Positions 47,317 through 57,485 of a DNA stretch of 64,000 nt are shown here, piece after piece (positions within the stretch are counted from its first letter, which is position 1; each line of letters opens with the position of its first letter). The notes below the pieces were generated by a model that was not told the origin of the DNA, searched no databases, and saw only the letters and a program-made list of their open reading frames with translations. Where the stretch lies: the sequence record PQ287642.1, one strand, 5' to 3'. Position numbers and translations under genes: made by a program.

Positions 47317-49260
47317 ATGAGTGATAATATTTCTTTCAGTAAAGAAGATGTAATCGGTGTCGAGGCTAAACATATTACATACGTCACCGATAGGAATCAC
47401 CGTAAGCATGACTTACATGTTGTTAAAGAAGTCGTGCATCTTAAAGATAAACGCAGGATTCCACGACTGAGGTTTATTGAGGATTATGAACGGCCATGGT
47501 GGCTGGATCCTGAAGCAAATAAAAAAGAAAGCCAGCGTACCTATCATGAGAAGAAAGACTACGAGTACGCTAGTAAGCTTATTAAACGTAAGTCTACCCA
47601 GATTAACATGCCGCATGCGATTGCTAAAGCTCTGGGTGATTACAGCATGGGACCTAACCCTAGGCTTCGTCAACTGAGTCGAAGTCCTTACCTGTATGGT
47701 GCGGACGTTAGTTCTGTATGCTGCTTGAAGAACGATTATCGAACTGCTGCACCTGATCTCATTTCTCGTAACACGGTAGCAGGCGGTGATATTGAGACCA
47801 ACGTTTACGAAGATGGAAAAGACGGACAGATTATCTGTATGTCCGTAAGCCATAAAGAAAACGTTTATCTTGCCTATCTTAAACATTGGGTTAGTGATCT
47901 TAAAGACCCCGTGAAAGAAACGTTCGAGGAACTAGAACGTATTCCTGAATTGGTCGCACTTCGTAATGGCCGTAATCTTAAAATAGAAATCGAAGTGGTT
48001 GATCAACCAGTTCACATTGTCATTAACTGTATTAAGCGGCTACACGAATGGAAACCAGACTTCTTCTCTTTCTGGAACATCAGCTTCGACATGAGTCGAA
48101 TCTTGAAGACCCTGGAAGATGCAGGAGTTGATCCGGCACTTGTATTTAGCGATCCGTCTGTTCCTAATAATTACAAGTATTTCCATTTCCGCCAAGACCA
48201 GGCGATGACAACTACCGCTTCTGGTGTTACTAAATCTAAGGGACCTGAAGATCAGTGGCATTGGATTACATGTCCTGCCTCTTTCCAACCCATTGATGCG
48301 ATGTCTACGTATCGGGTAACTCGTCTTGCTAAAGGTAAAGAGCCTTCGTATGCTCTCGACTATATTCTTAAGAAGGAGCTAAACGTTGATGAAGAAACAG
48401 AGATTCTTGGTGAAGAAGATTTGATTAAATTCAAGAAGAGTCTTGATAAACTTCTGGTAGAACGTCCTGGTAGTTATCCGTATCTGTTTGTTAACTATAG
48501 CGGTAAAGAGGATGATTGGACACCGGTAGAGCATTTCACTTGGGGTGAAACTGTACACCTAGGTAACCATGTTCGTTACACAATGAACTTTGGTAAACTT
48601 AAGTTTGCTGAAACTGATCACCTTGGTGGTATCGAATGGCACATTGAGATGCAGAAGAACCACAAGGTTCGTTATGGTCTTTACAACATCATTGACTCCA
48701 TTCGTCTGGAACAACTGGATGAAAAGATCAACGACCTTGCTAGTTCGATTACTCTGTTCTCTAAGTCTTCTGACTATAAGAACTTCAGCTCTAACCCGAA
48801 GCGTCTCTGTGATGACATGCACTTCTGGTATCTGAACCGTCCTGAGCCATGCGTAATTGGCACTAGCTCCGACCAGATGGTTCACGAGCTAGATCAATAC
48901 GTTGTAGGTCATGATAGCTGGATTGTTACACTGCCGTCCTATATGGCCGGTCCAAATGGGTTGAAGTGTGTTAAGGACTTACCTGATTACAAGACTTTGA
49001 TCTTTAGTCACGTAGCTGACCTTGACATCGTTTCGACTTATCCGAACGTTAGTCAGATTCTCAATATCGCTCGGGAAACAACTGTCATGGAATTCTCCAT
49101 GATGAAAGATATCTCCGAGCATCATCGTCGAGAAGTAGGTGTGAACTTGACAGGTGGACGTGTTAATGCCATTGAGATCTGTCAGAAAATCATGAAGGCT
49201 CCGAAGCTGGATGAGATGCTGAAGCTTTATTTGGATAAGAAGGCTAACTCCCCAAAGTGA
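47317..49260 (+). CDS. polB: Split family-B DNA polymerase subunit (exonuclease + motif A; phiKZ gp82-like)
   Basis: Exo I DIETN, Exo II WNISFDM, Exo III YNIID, motif A DLDIVSTYP; motifs B and C absent from this ORF. Confidence 0.88.
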   Translation: MSDNISFSKEDVIGVEAKHITYVTDRNHRKHDLHVVKEVVHLKDKRRIPRLRFIEDYERPWWLDPEANKKESQRTYHEKKDYEYASKLIKRKSTQINMPHAIAKALGDYSMGPNPRLRQLSRSPYLYGADVSSVCCLKNDYRTAAPDLISRNTVAGGDIETNVYEDGKDGQIICMSVSHKENVYLAYLKHWVSDLKDPVKETFEELERIPELVALRNGRNLKIEIEVVDQPVHIVINCIKRLHEWKPDFFSFWNISFDMSRILKTLEDAGVDPALVFSDPSVPNNYKYFHFRQDQAMTTTASGVTKSKGPEDQWHWITCPASFQPIDAMSTYRVTRLAKGKEPSYALDYILKKELNVDEETEILGEEDLIKFKKSLDKLLVERPGSYPYLFVNYSGKEDDWTPVEHFTWGETVHLGNHVRYTMNFGKLKFAETDHLGGIEWHIEMQKNHKVRYGLYNIIDSIRLEQLDEKINDLASSITLFSKSSDYKNFSSNPKRLCDDMHFWYLNRPEPCVIGTSSDQMVHELDQYVVGHDSWIVTLPSYMAGPNGLKCVKDLPDYKTLIFSHVADLDIVSTYPNVSQILNIARETTVMEFSMMKDISEHHRREVGVNLTGGRVNAIEICQKIMKAPKLDEMLKLYLDKKANSPK

Positions 49261-49625
49261 TATATCGATGGAAACGTCGCGGAGGATACGAATGTTCCTC
49301 CGTTGGCGATAAAAGGTTCTCCGCCTTAAACGCTGTAATGCCCGATGGCCGAACTATTGAGATGCACTACCAATGCGATGTTAAAGGTTATGATGTTGGT
49401 GGTACTAATTGGAAGCTCGGTAAAGGCAAGCCTCCGTTGAGTCCTATAAACTCATGGGATGCATATTTAGCTCTATGGGAAACATGGGCAAAGGCGAATC
49501 CTGACCTGATGAAAGAACTTCGTAAAGGAGCTGAAGCAAACGAAGGATATCTTTCTGATGTCTTTGCATCGACTAATATCTCACAAGCACGCGCTTTAGC
49601 AGAACTCTTGAATAAAGGGTATTGA
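49257..49625 (+). CDS. NADAR-like small protein translationally coupled to the polymerase gene
   Basis: RFSALNAVMPDGRTIEMHYQCDVK resembles the NADAR FSNF...G..T.EHY.QA.K pattern; GTGA overlap. Confidence 0.5.
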   Translation: MIYRWKRRGGYECSSVGDKRFSALNAVMPDGRTIEMHYQCDVKGYDVGGTNWKLGKGKPPLSPINSWDAYLALWETWAKANPDLMKELRKGAEANEGYLSDVFASTNISQARALAELLNKGY

Positions 49626-49663
49626 CAACATATTGCCCCACCTAATGGTGGGGCTTTATGCCG
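49626..49663. terminator. Bidirectional hairpin with TTTATGCCGT / ATATGTTGT tails
   Basis: Between convergent genes. Confidence 0.8.
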
Positions 49664-50932
49664 TTAAGCTTTACCAATCAACTCTAGAACAGGACGCCAA
49701 CCCATATGTGCACCCGTATTGGTGGGTACGTTAATATTCAACTGGGACATGTTACTATAACCGATACCGGCATATGCTGTTTTACCATCGACTAAGCCAG
49801 TTTCCTGACCCCAGCTATAACTACCGGCTCCTTGTCCACCTATCCCGAGATCAGCGTTGGTTAAGTTTTCCCATGCCTTTGTACCGGTTACAGTTCCATG
49901 GACATTATACATTAGATCACGCCATTCTCTTCCTGGAGCAGCGTTATTGGTTATACCTGTATCGGTAGCGCCAATATACATCAATCGACACTGGTATACG
50001 TTGTCACCGATAGTGATTCGTTTACCCCTACCATTCAATCCAGCATTTGCCAGAGAATTCCATGTCATGTTGTTTTTGAGTGGTTTTTGTGGGATATAAA
50101 GAATGGTGCTTCTGTGAGAGAACTTAAACCAGTCCGGTGCCTCATTAAGAACAGTCCCCTCGCTCAAACCAACTAAGGTAGCTAATGCAGATGCTGTAAT
50201 TAATTCACTAGATGGGACACGACCAAAGTAACCTATATCGTCATTACCGGCTATAAGTGATTCAGTACCAGGTCCTTTCGATGGAATAATGTCCGGGTCA
50301 ATCCAAATTAGAATTGGACGCCATCCGTAGTTATTCATATTTGAACCAGCTACTTCTCTACCCACATAGCTGATTGAATTAAAACCACGATAGAAGCCTT
50401 TACCTACGTCAGTACCAGTAGTTTGGACTTCACGTACCCAATTAGCCCCACCGGTACTAGCTAAACCAAAGTCACTTGTTGAGAATGACTCAAATGCCGC
50501 TGCACCAGATTGTCTGGGTATTACCATCGAATAAACCAAACGGTTATATTCGCCGCCACCAGTTGCACTGGCACCAGGGTTATCAATACCCGTCATAACA
50601 CGACATAGGAACTTATGTCTACCGATCTGTATTTCCTTACCATCGATAAGTCCATGGTTCTCTATAATAGATCTAGCAGCGCCTCGTCTAAAAGGTGTTT
50701 TCGGTAAATAAATAAGTCTGTTATTCTCTTTGTATTTAAACCAAGTTGTTTCACTAGTGTGTAATGTACCCTCTGTGAAACCAACTAGATTAGAGAATGC
50801 TTCAGGTTGTGGTAGGCCCGCTTTAAACCCACCGAAATAACTAAAGTAATCACTACCAGCAATTGGAATTTGTGATCCTGGTGGAAATGTATCATCGTAC
50901 TTATTAAGAACTGCTAATAATGATTCGAACAT
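49664..50932 (-). CDS. Virion structural protein with tandem duplicated domain (phiKZ-like paralog family)
   Basis: Two repeats of YFG...LVG..EGT......WFK......Y.P..P...GWRP.L. Confidence 0.75.
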   Translation of the reverse strand: MFESLLAVLNKYDDTFPPGSQIPIAGSDYFSYFGGFKAGLPQPEAFSNLVGFTEGTLHTSETTWFKYKENNRLIYLPKTPFRRGAARSIIENHGLIDGKEIQIGRHKFLCRVMTGIDNPGASATGGGEYNRLVYSMVIPRQSGAAAFESFSTSDFGLASTGGANWVREVQTTGTDVGKGFYRGFNSISYVGREVAGSNMNNYGWRPILIWIDPDIIPSKGPGTESLIAGNDDIGYFGRVPSSELITASALATLVGLSEGTVLNEAPDWFKFSHRSTILYIPQKPLKNNMTWNSLANAGLNGRGKRITIGDNVYQCRLMYIGATDTGITNNAAPGREWRDLMYNVHGTVTGTKAWENLTNADLGIGGQGAGSYSWGQETGLVDGKTAYAGIGYSNMSQLNINVPTNTGAHMGWRPVLELIGKA

Positions 50933-50968
50933 ATGTAATCCTGTTCTTTCTTAAAACCTATACCATTG

Positions 50969-51005
50969 CCGGCATAAAGCCCTCCCCGAAGGGAGGGCGT
51001 TATGT
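50969..51005 (-). terminator. Hairpin GCCCTCCC-CGAA-GGGAGGGC + TTTATGCCGG
   Basis: Family member. Confidence 0.8.
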
Positions 51006-52436
51006 TTACTGTACTTGTTGGAAGTACTGAAGCAGGAGAGGTTGACGCTTAGTCGGGAAGAGGGATACCAGACTAGGAACATCGTACTGGGTCCGCGCTT
51101 CTTTGTTCTCATCGGCGAAGATGAAGAACAGAGTCAGGATCTGAATGTGCGATTCTTGTACACCACCTTGAACACTCAAACCATCAGTGAAACGGAATGC
51201 ATGGCTATCATCGAACAGGCCAGGAGATTTACGGTTTTCGGTAATGAATTTCCGAATAATTTCCATACCGTTCTTAAAGCCAACTGGATCTTCGAGATTG
51301 ATAACATAACGAATAACGTTATCCAGTTGTTTCTGCGCCATGACACCAGTTTGCGGAGTCAGTGGTTTACCCGGAGCACAAATTTCTTTGTATTTCTTGA
51401 GAGTTTCTTCAATGTAAGTTTGGTTCACTTCGGTAAGTCCTTCGTAGGAGAGTTGGATACGAACAGCTTCGACATCTACTTTCGGAGCAGCCGCAGTCGG
51501 AATAGTTCCGGTCAAATGGGTAGTCTGAGTTGTCTGTCCGGTTTGAGCTTTATAAGCCAGGATGACATCTTCAGGAGCATTGCTCTTACTAACCAACATC
51601 AAACGTTCTTTCAGTTCAACGGCCAGTGCGGGTTCACTGGTAGAACCCTCCGGGCGAATCTCACCAAGAGCCCAGCTTTCAAGTTCTTGTGTGGTCCATT
51701 GAGTTGCTTTACGTGCAAAACGAGTGATGTCGGATTTCCAAGCACCTTTAGAAGTTTTGTCAGGAACAATACCACTGACAAGGAACTCTTTACATTGCTG
51801 TGGATTCCAGGCTAGATCAAGAGTAGCTTCACGGCGTTGATGTTCAACAATAGCTTCCTTCAGAACATTGTAACGAACATCTTCAACAAGCTCGCCTTTG
51901 ATATACAGTTCGAGTTCTTCTTTAGTCCAACCCGATACAGGAGTATCAACGAGAGGCTTGACTTCCTCAACTACTTCAGGTTCAGAAATAGCTGCGGTAG
52001 CTTCTTCTCGAAGCAGATCGACCAGAGCGGGGGTAGGTTCTGGATCAGCCAGCTCTTCTTCGGTTTCACCTTCCGGAGGAAGATCAGTAGTCTCTTCGAG
52101 ATCACTTTCTTCTTCTCCTTTAGGGTCACCACTGTCTTCAGCTTCGGCTTCAGATTCAACATCGGTATCGAACTTATCAACAACTTCACCGCAAGTCAGC
52201 ATCCGACCATCGTCATCATAGAACGCATCACGATGGAGTGCAGCTAGAACAGGAGATACGAGTGCTGCTACTTCGTTGTCATCATGACCTTCGAAAGCAG
52301 CTTGTAGTTCTTCAAAAGAAAGGGGACCGTATTCAACCGGTGTCTCTTGGGGAGTTTCCGGAATAACAGGAGTAACAGGTTCTACCGGTTTAGCTACGGT
52401 AGGAATAGAGAAACCACGATTTCGATTTTTAGCCAT
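51006..52436 (-). CDS. Conserved phiKZ-like protein with acidic N-terminal region
   Basis: 476 aa; repeated W(T/N)xxEL motifs. Confidence 0.75.
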   Translation of the reverse strand: MAKNRNRGFSIPTVAKPVEPVTPVIPETPQETPVEYGPLSFEELQAAFEGHDDNEVAALVSPVLAALHRDAFYDDDGRMLTCGEVVDKFDTDVESEAEAEDSGDPKGEEESDLEETTDLPPEGETEEELADPEPTPALVDLLREEATAAISEPEVVEEVKPLVDTPVSGWTKEELELYIKGELVEDVRYNVLKEAIVEHQRREATLDLAWNPQQCKEFLVSGIVPDKTSKGAWKSDITRFARKATQWTTQELESWALGEIRPEGSTSEPALAVELKERLMLVSKSNAPEDVILAYKAQTGQTTQTTHLTGTIPTAAAPKVDVEAVRIQLSYEGLTEVNQTYIEETLKKYKEICAPGKPLTPQTGVMAQKQLDNVIRYVINLEDPVGFKNGMEIIRKFITENRKSPGLFDDSHAFRFTDGLSVQGGVQESHIQILTLFFIFADENKEARTQYDVPSLVSLFPTKRQPLLLQYFQQVQ

Positions 52437-52498
52437 GGGGATTTCCTAGTTTGTGAATAGTCAAAGAATTAGGGGAATTGGTAAGATTCCCCTTTGTC

Positions 52499-53842
52499 TT
52501 AAGAAAGACGACGGACCGGGTCCCATTTAACAGTCTTCAGAGTAGCACTGTGCATCTTCGACATGAAGATACTCAAGAAGCGTCCACCCACACCAGCTGC
52601 CGCAGCAGGAATACCGTTGGGGTTCTCAGCAAGAGCTTTACCCGCACAAGTAGCACAGATATTCTTATCTCGTCCAAGGATACCCTTTTCAATGTCACGT
52701 CCAGACTTACACGTCATTGGACCGCGTACATCGATAATTTGACCCATAAGTCCATCAATGTTTTCAGAGGTAATAAGAATGGATTCTCCATCCTTAACCA
52801 TAGTGTAACCAACGAGTTCTTTAGCATTAAACTTATCTACTCGCGTTGGAACACCAATATGTGTTTTACAGTCAGGTTCTATAATTCGGACTGTACCGAC
52901 CATTCGATAAATAGTCTTGGTGGACTCGCCACCCAATGCAGTCTGAGCACCACGGTTATAAGAACCATAACGAAGAGAGTTGTTCATCACAGGCATGTGA
53001 TCTGTATCAATGCCTTCTTCAAGTGACTTAGAGATAAGTTCAACCGACGTACCATCCGAGAACGGAGATTCACCACCAAATAGATAGTGAACTTTCTTAC
53101 GAACACCACCGAATAGCTTAGCATGTTTTGCATCATAGAACTCATACGACTCATCGTCAGATAGATACTCTTCATCCATCTTAATAAGTTCGTTACCTAT
53201 TTTTGCAACAATAGCTGGGTCAGTTAATTGATCTTTATATTGTTCCAAAAGAGCTGCACGTACTTTATCTCTGTCTGGGTGAGCAGTCATCGATTTACGT
53301 GTAACAGAAGTAACAAGGCTATCGGCGTAAGCGGGAATAGCTAGACAATGATCCGCAAACATTAGATATTGCCAAACGTAGATCTTACCATCCGGTGCTC
53401 GTTCAGTGACGTTACCATCTTCACGGTCGTCAATCAGTCTATCTAGCAGCTCATTCTCAATTTTAGCAGGTGAAAAATATCCTGTCTGAAATGGGAAGAT
53501 ATCCCCGAACGGAAGGACCAGACAGAGGTAGTTAACGAATACATTACCATACGTAGTACGTAACGGTTCAGTACCTTTGTAGTTTTCTATTTCACCCGGT
53601 TGTAAAATGAATTCATCACGGAAGTGTAAAGGAGCTCGACCTTCGATGTAATCATCGATGAAAATTTTCTCATCGCCATTCGGCATGTAGAACCACATTC
53701 GGCCTTCACCAAAATGTGGCTTATAAGGCATGTTAGGAATATCATCGTTATTATAAACGATGTTGAACAGACTGTTCATCCATGCACGTTTTTTACATAG
53801 ACCAGCTTTAATTCCTAAAAGGAAATAATCACGCAGTTTCAT
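52499..53842 (-). CDS. rpoC: Virion RNA polymerase beta-prime subunit (phiKZ gp80-like)
   Basis: RYGSYNRGAQTALGGESTK (bridge-helix-like), DCKTHIG, RGPMTCK...ICATCAG zinc site. Confidence 0.85.
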   Translation of the reverse strand: MKLRDYFLLGIKAGLCKKRAWMNSLFNIVYNNDDIPNMPYKPHFGEGRMWFYMPNGDEKIFIDDYIEGRAPLHFRDEFILQPGEIENYKGTEPLRTTYGNVFVNYLCLVLPFGDIFPFQTGYFSPAKIENELLDRLIDDREDGNVTERAPDGKIYVWQYLMFADHCLAIPAYADSLVTSVTRKSMTAHPDRDKVRAALLEQYKDQLTDPAIVAKIGNELIKMDEEYLSDDESYEFYDAKHAKLFGGVRKKVHYLFGGESPFSDGTSVELISKSLEEGIDTDHMPVMNNSLRYGSYNRGAQTALGGESTKTIYRMVGTVRIIEPDCKTHIGVPTRVDKFNAKELVGYTMVKDGESILITSENIDGLMGQIIDVRGPMTCKSGRDIEKGILGRDKNICATCAGKALAENPNGIPAAAAGVGGRFLSIFMSKMHSATLKTVKWDPVRRLS

Positions 53843-54680
53843 AGAACTTTCCCATTTTACGCTTGATCTCGTCGATCACCCGTTCCATGATATTACGTTC
53901 CATCTCGTTCTCTGTGTATTCATCGATAGAAACTTTAACAGTGCTATAGATACTATCGAGGTGAAGATTAGAGAAGAATGCAAGACCTACCATTTCATAA
54001 GCCGCATCTTGAGCGTTCTTATTGTCCAGGCTTTCAAGACTATTAGAAAGGAGTTCTAACCAGTCATGTCCGACTCGCATACCAGAATTAGACAGTTCGA
54101 GAACCATACTAAACTTATCTCGACCTATGGTATTCATCAATCGATTAAGAACACGGATACGGGATACAGGAGCGATGTATTCGTCGATGTGACCACGCGT
54201 CATCATAGTGTCTTGCACCATCGCTTTTAAAGCATCGATGAAAGAAACAGATACTTCATTAATTAAAGGCCACACTTCGTCGAAAGAAAGGCGTTCAAAC
54301 ATAGGTACCAGATGAGCAAGAATTTCCTCATTATCGAAATCGCCTTGTAGAATCAACTCAATCTGGTCAGGAAGAATATAATTTGGCAAACCTAAAATAG
54401 TACGGACAATTGCAAGCCGTTGCTCTTGTGTCGCCTCATCCGATACTTTTACTTCGTGTGCAGCTAGAACCTGATCATGGGCCACACGGATAATATCGTC
54501 GATACGGCCAAGCAACATCATAGTGTCTGCATTGTCATCAGCAATAGAGCAAACGGTATGCAGTTCATCAAGAGCTGCCGAGTAATCCATTTCCTCTAGG
54601 GAAGCTACGCATTCAAGCATGATTTCTTTTCGTTCTTCCATCACTAGGGGAGTGAGGATACTATCTAGCATTTCTTTCAT
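53829..54680 (-). CDS. Conserved virion-associated protein (start revised to MKEMLDS)
   Basis: AGGA SD before ATG 54680; overlaps the RNAP gene start. Confidence 0.7.
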   Translation of the reverse strand: MKEMLDSILTPLVMEERKEIMLECVASLEEMDYSAALDELHTVCSIADDNADTMMLLGRIDDIIRVAHDQVLAAHEVKVSDEATQEQRLAIVRTILGLPNYILPDQIELILQGDFDNEEILAHLVPMFERLSFDEVWPLINEVSVSFIDALKAMVQDTMMTRGHIDEYIAPVSRIRVLNRLMNTIGRDKFSMVLELSNSGMRVGHDWLELLSNSLESLDNKNAQDAAYEMVGLAFFSNLHLDSIYSTVKVSIDEYTENEMERNIMERVIDEIKRKMGKFYETA

Positions 54681-54804
54681 TGGAATTATCCTGTATAAAT
54701 GAATATCTAACATACGGTTATGTTGCAGGTATGTCTTCGTAATATGTGAAAAGTTACGTTTCCTGTAACATCTATGTTACTACACTATTCCATTAGGAGC
54801 TTCA

Positions 54805-55401
54805 ATGAGTAAGTTTAGTGAGCTGCCGTTTAATTTGATGGATACAATACACCATCCAAAACCAACTCCTGAAGATGAAAAACGGCTCTCTGAAGCCCTT
54901 GATAAAATATTCCCCCATAATCCAAAATTGGAGCACAATCAAATGACCGCACTGTCCCCGAAAGAACAACTGGACCAAGCTGTAGAAGCTTCTGCTGTAG
55001 CAGCACAACAACTCATTAAAGAAGATGGCTGGGCCATTCTTCGCGAATTGTATCGCACTACAGCTGCTGCTCTTAATGCTACTTCCATTGTTATCATTCC
55101 GGCGCTGGAGCGTCGTGAAGAAATTCTGAGTAAACTCAGTGATCCTGAAGGTTTCTCTAAAGATCTGCAAAACTGCATGTCTGATATTGAACAGATGATC
55201 AGTGCTCTGGAAGCTCTTAGTATTCTTCACGTAAACAAAACTGGTACACCTGATCTGGCTGATCTCGATCAAATCGGTAAGCTGACTTTGGGTTACGCAA
55301 ATCTCCAACATAAAGTAGAAACAGCTGTTCAACCACTGCTGATGGGTCTCATTGCTAAGATGCAAGAAGCTGGTGTTGATACTGTTTCCTTCGTGAAATA
55401 A
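54805..55401 (+). CDS. Conserved helical hypothetical protein
   Basis: TAGGAG SD; strong codon bias. Confidence 0.75.
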   Translation: MSKFSELPFNLMDTIHHPKPTPEDEKRLSEALDKIFPHNPKLEHNQMTALSPKEQLDQAVEASAVAAQQLIKEDGWAILRELYRTTAAALNATSIVIIPALERREEILSKLSDPEGFSKDLQNCMSDIEQMISALEALSILHVNKTGTPDLADLDQIGKLTLGYANLQHKVETAVQPLLMGLIAKMQEAGVDTVSFVK

Positions 55402-55412
55402 GGTAATACAAA

Positions 55413-57014
55413 ATGCAAGAGCTTGATATGGATAAAGAAGACAATTATCCTGCTGAGGGTAATTGGGAACAGCAAGCTGATGCAGAAGTAGAACAGGGGC
55501 CCACGGGTCCCACTCTACCAGACGCACCTGCGGAAGAAGTATCTTCTTCGCCTGCTGTTGAACTACCTCCACTGGTAATTGACCAGAAACCAGTTAACTT
55601 CACTGAGACACGTTCTTGTTCTAGTGAAGCTATTCCTGGTATGACCTCTTTGATGAGTTTCATTCTAGAAAACCCCAAGACCTTTAACCAGGTATTGGAA
55701 CGTCACTCGGCGCTATTGAATGGAATGCACCAAGGTGATCTCACTACTACTAGCAGTGACCGAGATTGGTTGATTTCTCTAGTAGCTGGTATGAACCATA
55801 CTAACCTTGACCCCACTCCTATCGGTGGGACGGAACGTGAAGGTTCTGTATGGCAACAAGGTATTACTGGTCATGATAACGGTAACCTTATTCGACCAGG
55901 CCGCCCTTCTCAAAAGATCGATCGTAATAAACGACACAGTAAAGAAGAACTGTTGGCATACCTCTCCAAGAAATCTGGTCTTGGTGCGACATACGAAACG
56001 TTTATGCCTCGTTCGGGTATCTGGCTTCGCCTGCGTGCTCCGACACTTACTGAAGTAGTCGCATTGCAAACAGAAATGCAGCAGATCAAGCTCCGGCTGG
56101 GAATGCAAACCAAAGGCATGTCGTTCTCTAACGCTGGTTCCGTAATGATGAACGCGATGACTGACCTGGCTCTGTCTTGTGTTATTGCATCGAACAAGTC
56201 CTTCATTACTCCAAGTGACCTGGAACATGAACTATCGATCTTTGATGAAGCTATCCTGCATCATGCCCTAGCTTCTACAATGTACATTGATGGATTCAAC
56301 TACGACGTTCCATGTATTGCAGACCCGGACAACTGTACGGCTCGTATCACTGCAAAACTTAACATGTCGTCTATCGTTTGGTTTGACAACACTGTATTCA
56401 GTAATGATCAGCGTAAATTTATAGCTAAGAAATTTGCACCTGCTACGGATGAAGACTTCAAAGCTTACCGTGAAGGTTTCGGTATTGGCGGTAAGAAAGT
56501 ATTCTGGTTTGGTGATATTGGTGTTCGTCTTGCTATCCCGACTATCGCTCAACGTAAGATGGCTGCTTCTCAGTGGTCTCAGACATTGATCGAAATGTCT
56601 CAAGGTACATTTAACGAACCGCCACATGGTGTTCAACGTTCAGCGTACATTGATAAACTGAGTAAAGCTACTATCGCCATGCAGTACGCTCATTGGGTAG
56701 ATGGTATCTATGAAAAGGACGACGATGTAGAAGACTTCGAAGATCAACTGCTTTCCGACGATCAAGAAATCATTAGTGATTATCTGGCGAACACTCTGAG
56801 TGATCCGCAGTACGCGGAGCAGTTCTTTGATACCGTACATGAGTATACTAACTCTTGTGTACTGGCTGTGGTAGCTCTTCCATCGCATAACTGCAAAGAA
56901 TGTAAAGGTCCTCAGGGCCAAGCATTCAACGAACGTTTCCCGCACCTTGTACCGCTAGACATGATGGCAATATTTTTCACGTTGGCGGGCCAGAAAGCCA
57001 AGCACCTGGAGTAA
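55413..57014 (+). CDS. T4 gp26-like baseplate-hub/tail assembly chaperone
   Basis: CIADPDNC...LNMSSI, IGVRLAIPT, LPSHNCKECKG...DMMAIFF follows the recalled T4 gp26-family layout ending in FF. Confidence 0.65.
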   Translation: MQELDMDKEDNYPAEGNWEQQADAEVEQGPTGPTLPDAPAEEVSSSPAVELPPLVIDQKPVNFTETRSCSSEAIPGMTSLMSFILENPKTFNQVLERHSALLNGMHQGDLTTTSSDRDWLISLVAGMNHTNLDPTPIGGTEREGSVWQQGITGHDNGNLIRPGRPSQKIDRNKRHSKEELLAYLSKKSGLGATYETFMPRSGIWLRLRAPTLTEVVALQTEMQQIKLRLGMQTKGMSFSNAGSVMMNAMTDLALSCVIASNKSFITPSDLEHELSIFDEAILHHALASTMYIDGFNYDVPCIADPDNCTARITAKLNMSSIVWFDNTVFSNDQRKFIAKKFAPATDEDFKAYREGFGIGGKKVFWFGDIGVRLAIPTIAQRKMAASQWSQTLIEMSQGTFNEPPHGVQRSAYIDKLSKATIAMQYAHWVDGIYEKDDDVEDFEDQLLSDDQEIISDYLANTLSDPQYAEQFFDTVHEYTNSCVLAVVALPSHNCKECKGPQGQAFNERFPHLVPLDMMAIFFTLAGQKAKHLE

Positions 57015-57052
57015 TCAACGAGGACCCCCGGCATAGTCGTCTAACAATTAAT

Positions 57053-57475
57053 TTGGAGGACGACAACGGGCACGTTACAATGAACTCTTTCGGTCGCAAG
57101 ACTGTTAATGGTAAGAGTGCATTCGATGAACTCGTGCGAACGCTAGATGCCGTAAGGCCAGCTATTGCCGAAATGTTGACCAGGAAGGCCTACCATAAAG
57201 ACTACGGTATTTTCGATCATGATTCACCAGAGGCTGATCCTTTAGATCTGGTTAGAATGCATCCTAAGGAAAACGTCGTAGAAGGTGGACCTGAAAGAAC
57301 TTGGATACGGAAGTTTGTCAATTACAAGATCAATGACATTTATGGTTTATCTTTACTAGAGTTCTTTGAACTACCCTTTAATGATTGTTTGTTCATGATT
57401 GAACTTGCAGAGTCGAAGGCTATTCAAAGTACATCGCAAGCTAGACAAATCGAGAAAGATCTTGGATTAAAATAA
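57053..57475 (+). CDS. Downstream partner of the gp26-like gene; probably the -1 frameshift extension
   Basis: Poor start context; frame open back to 56906; KINDIYGLSLLEFFELP resembles tail-chaperone T-segment motifs. Confidence 0.7.
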   Translation: MEDDNGHVTMNSFGRKTVNGKSAFDELVRTLDAVRPAIAEMLTRKAYHKDYGIFDHDSPEADPLDLVRMHPKENVVEGGPERTWIRKFVNYKINDIYGLSLLEFFELPFNDCLFMIELAESKAIQSTSQARQIEKDLGLK

Positions 57476-57485
57476 AAAAAAATAA

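Noticed and set aside
54739-54746. Early-promoter variant CATATTAC
   Set aside because: One mismatch, and it precedes virion-type genes with nearby TATG motifs; ambiguous.
51015-55572. Other long antisense ORFs (51015-51815, 52478-53026, 54802-55572)
   Set aside because: Shadows of real genes on the opposite strand.
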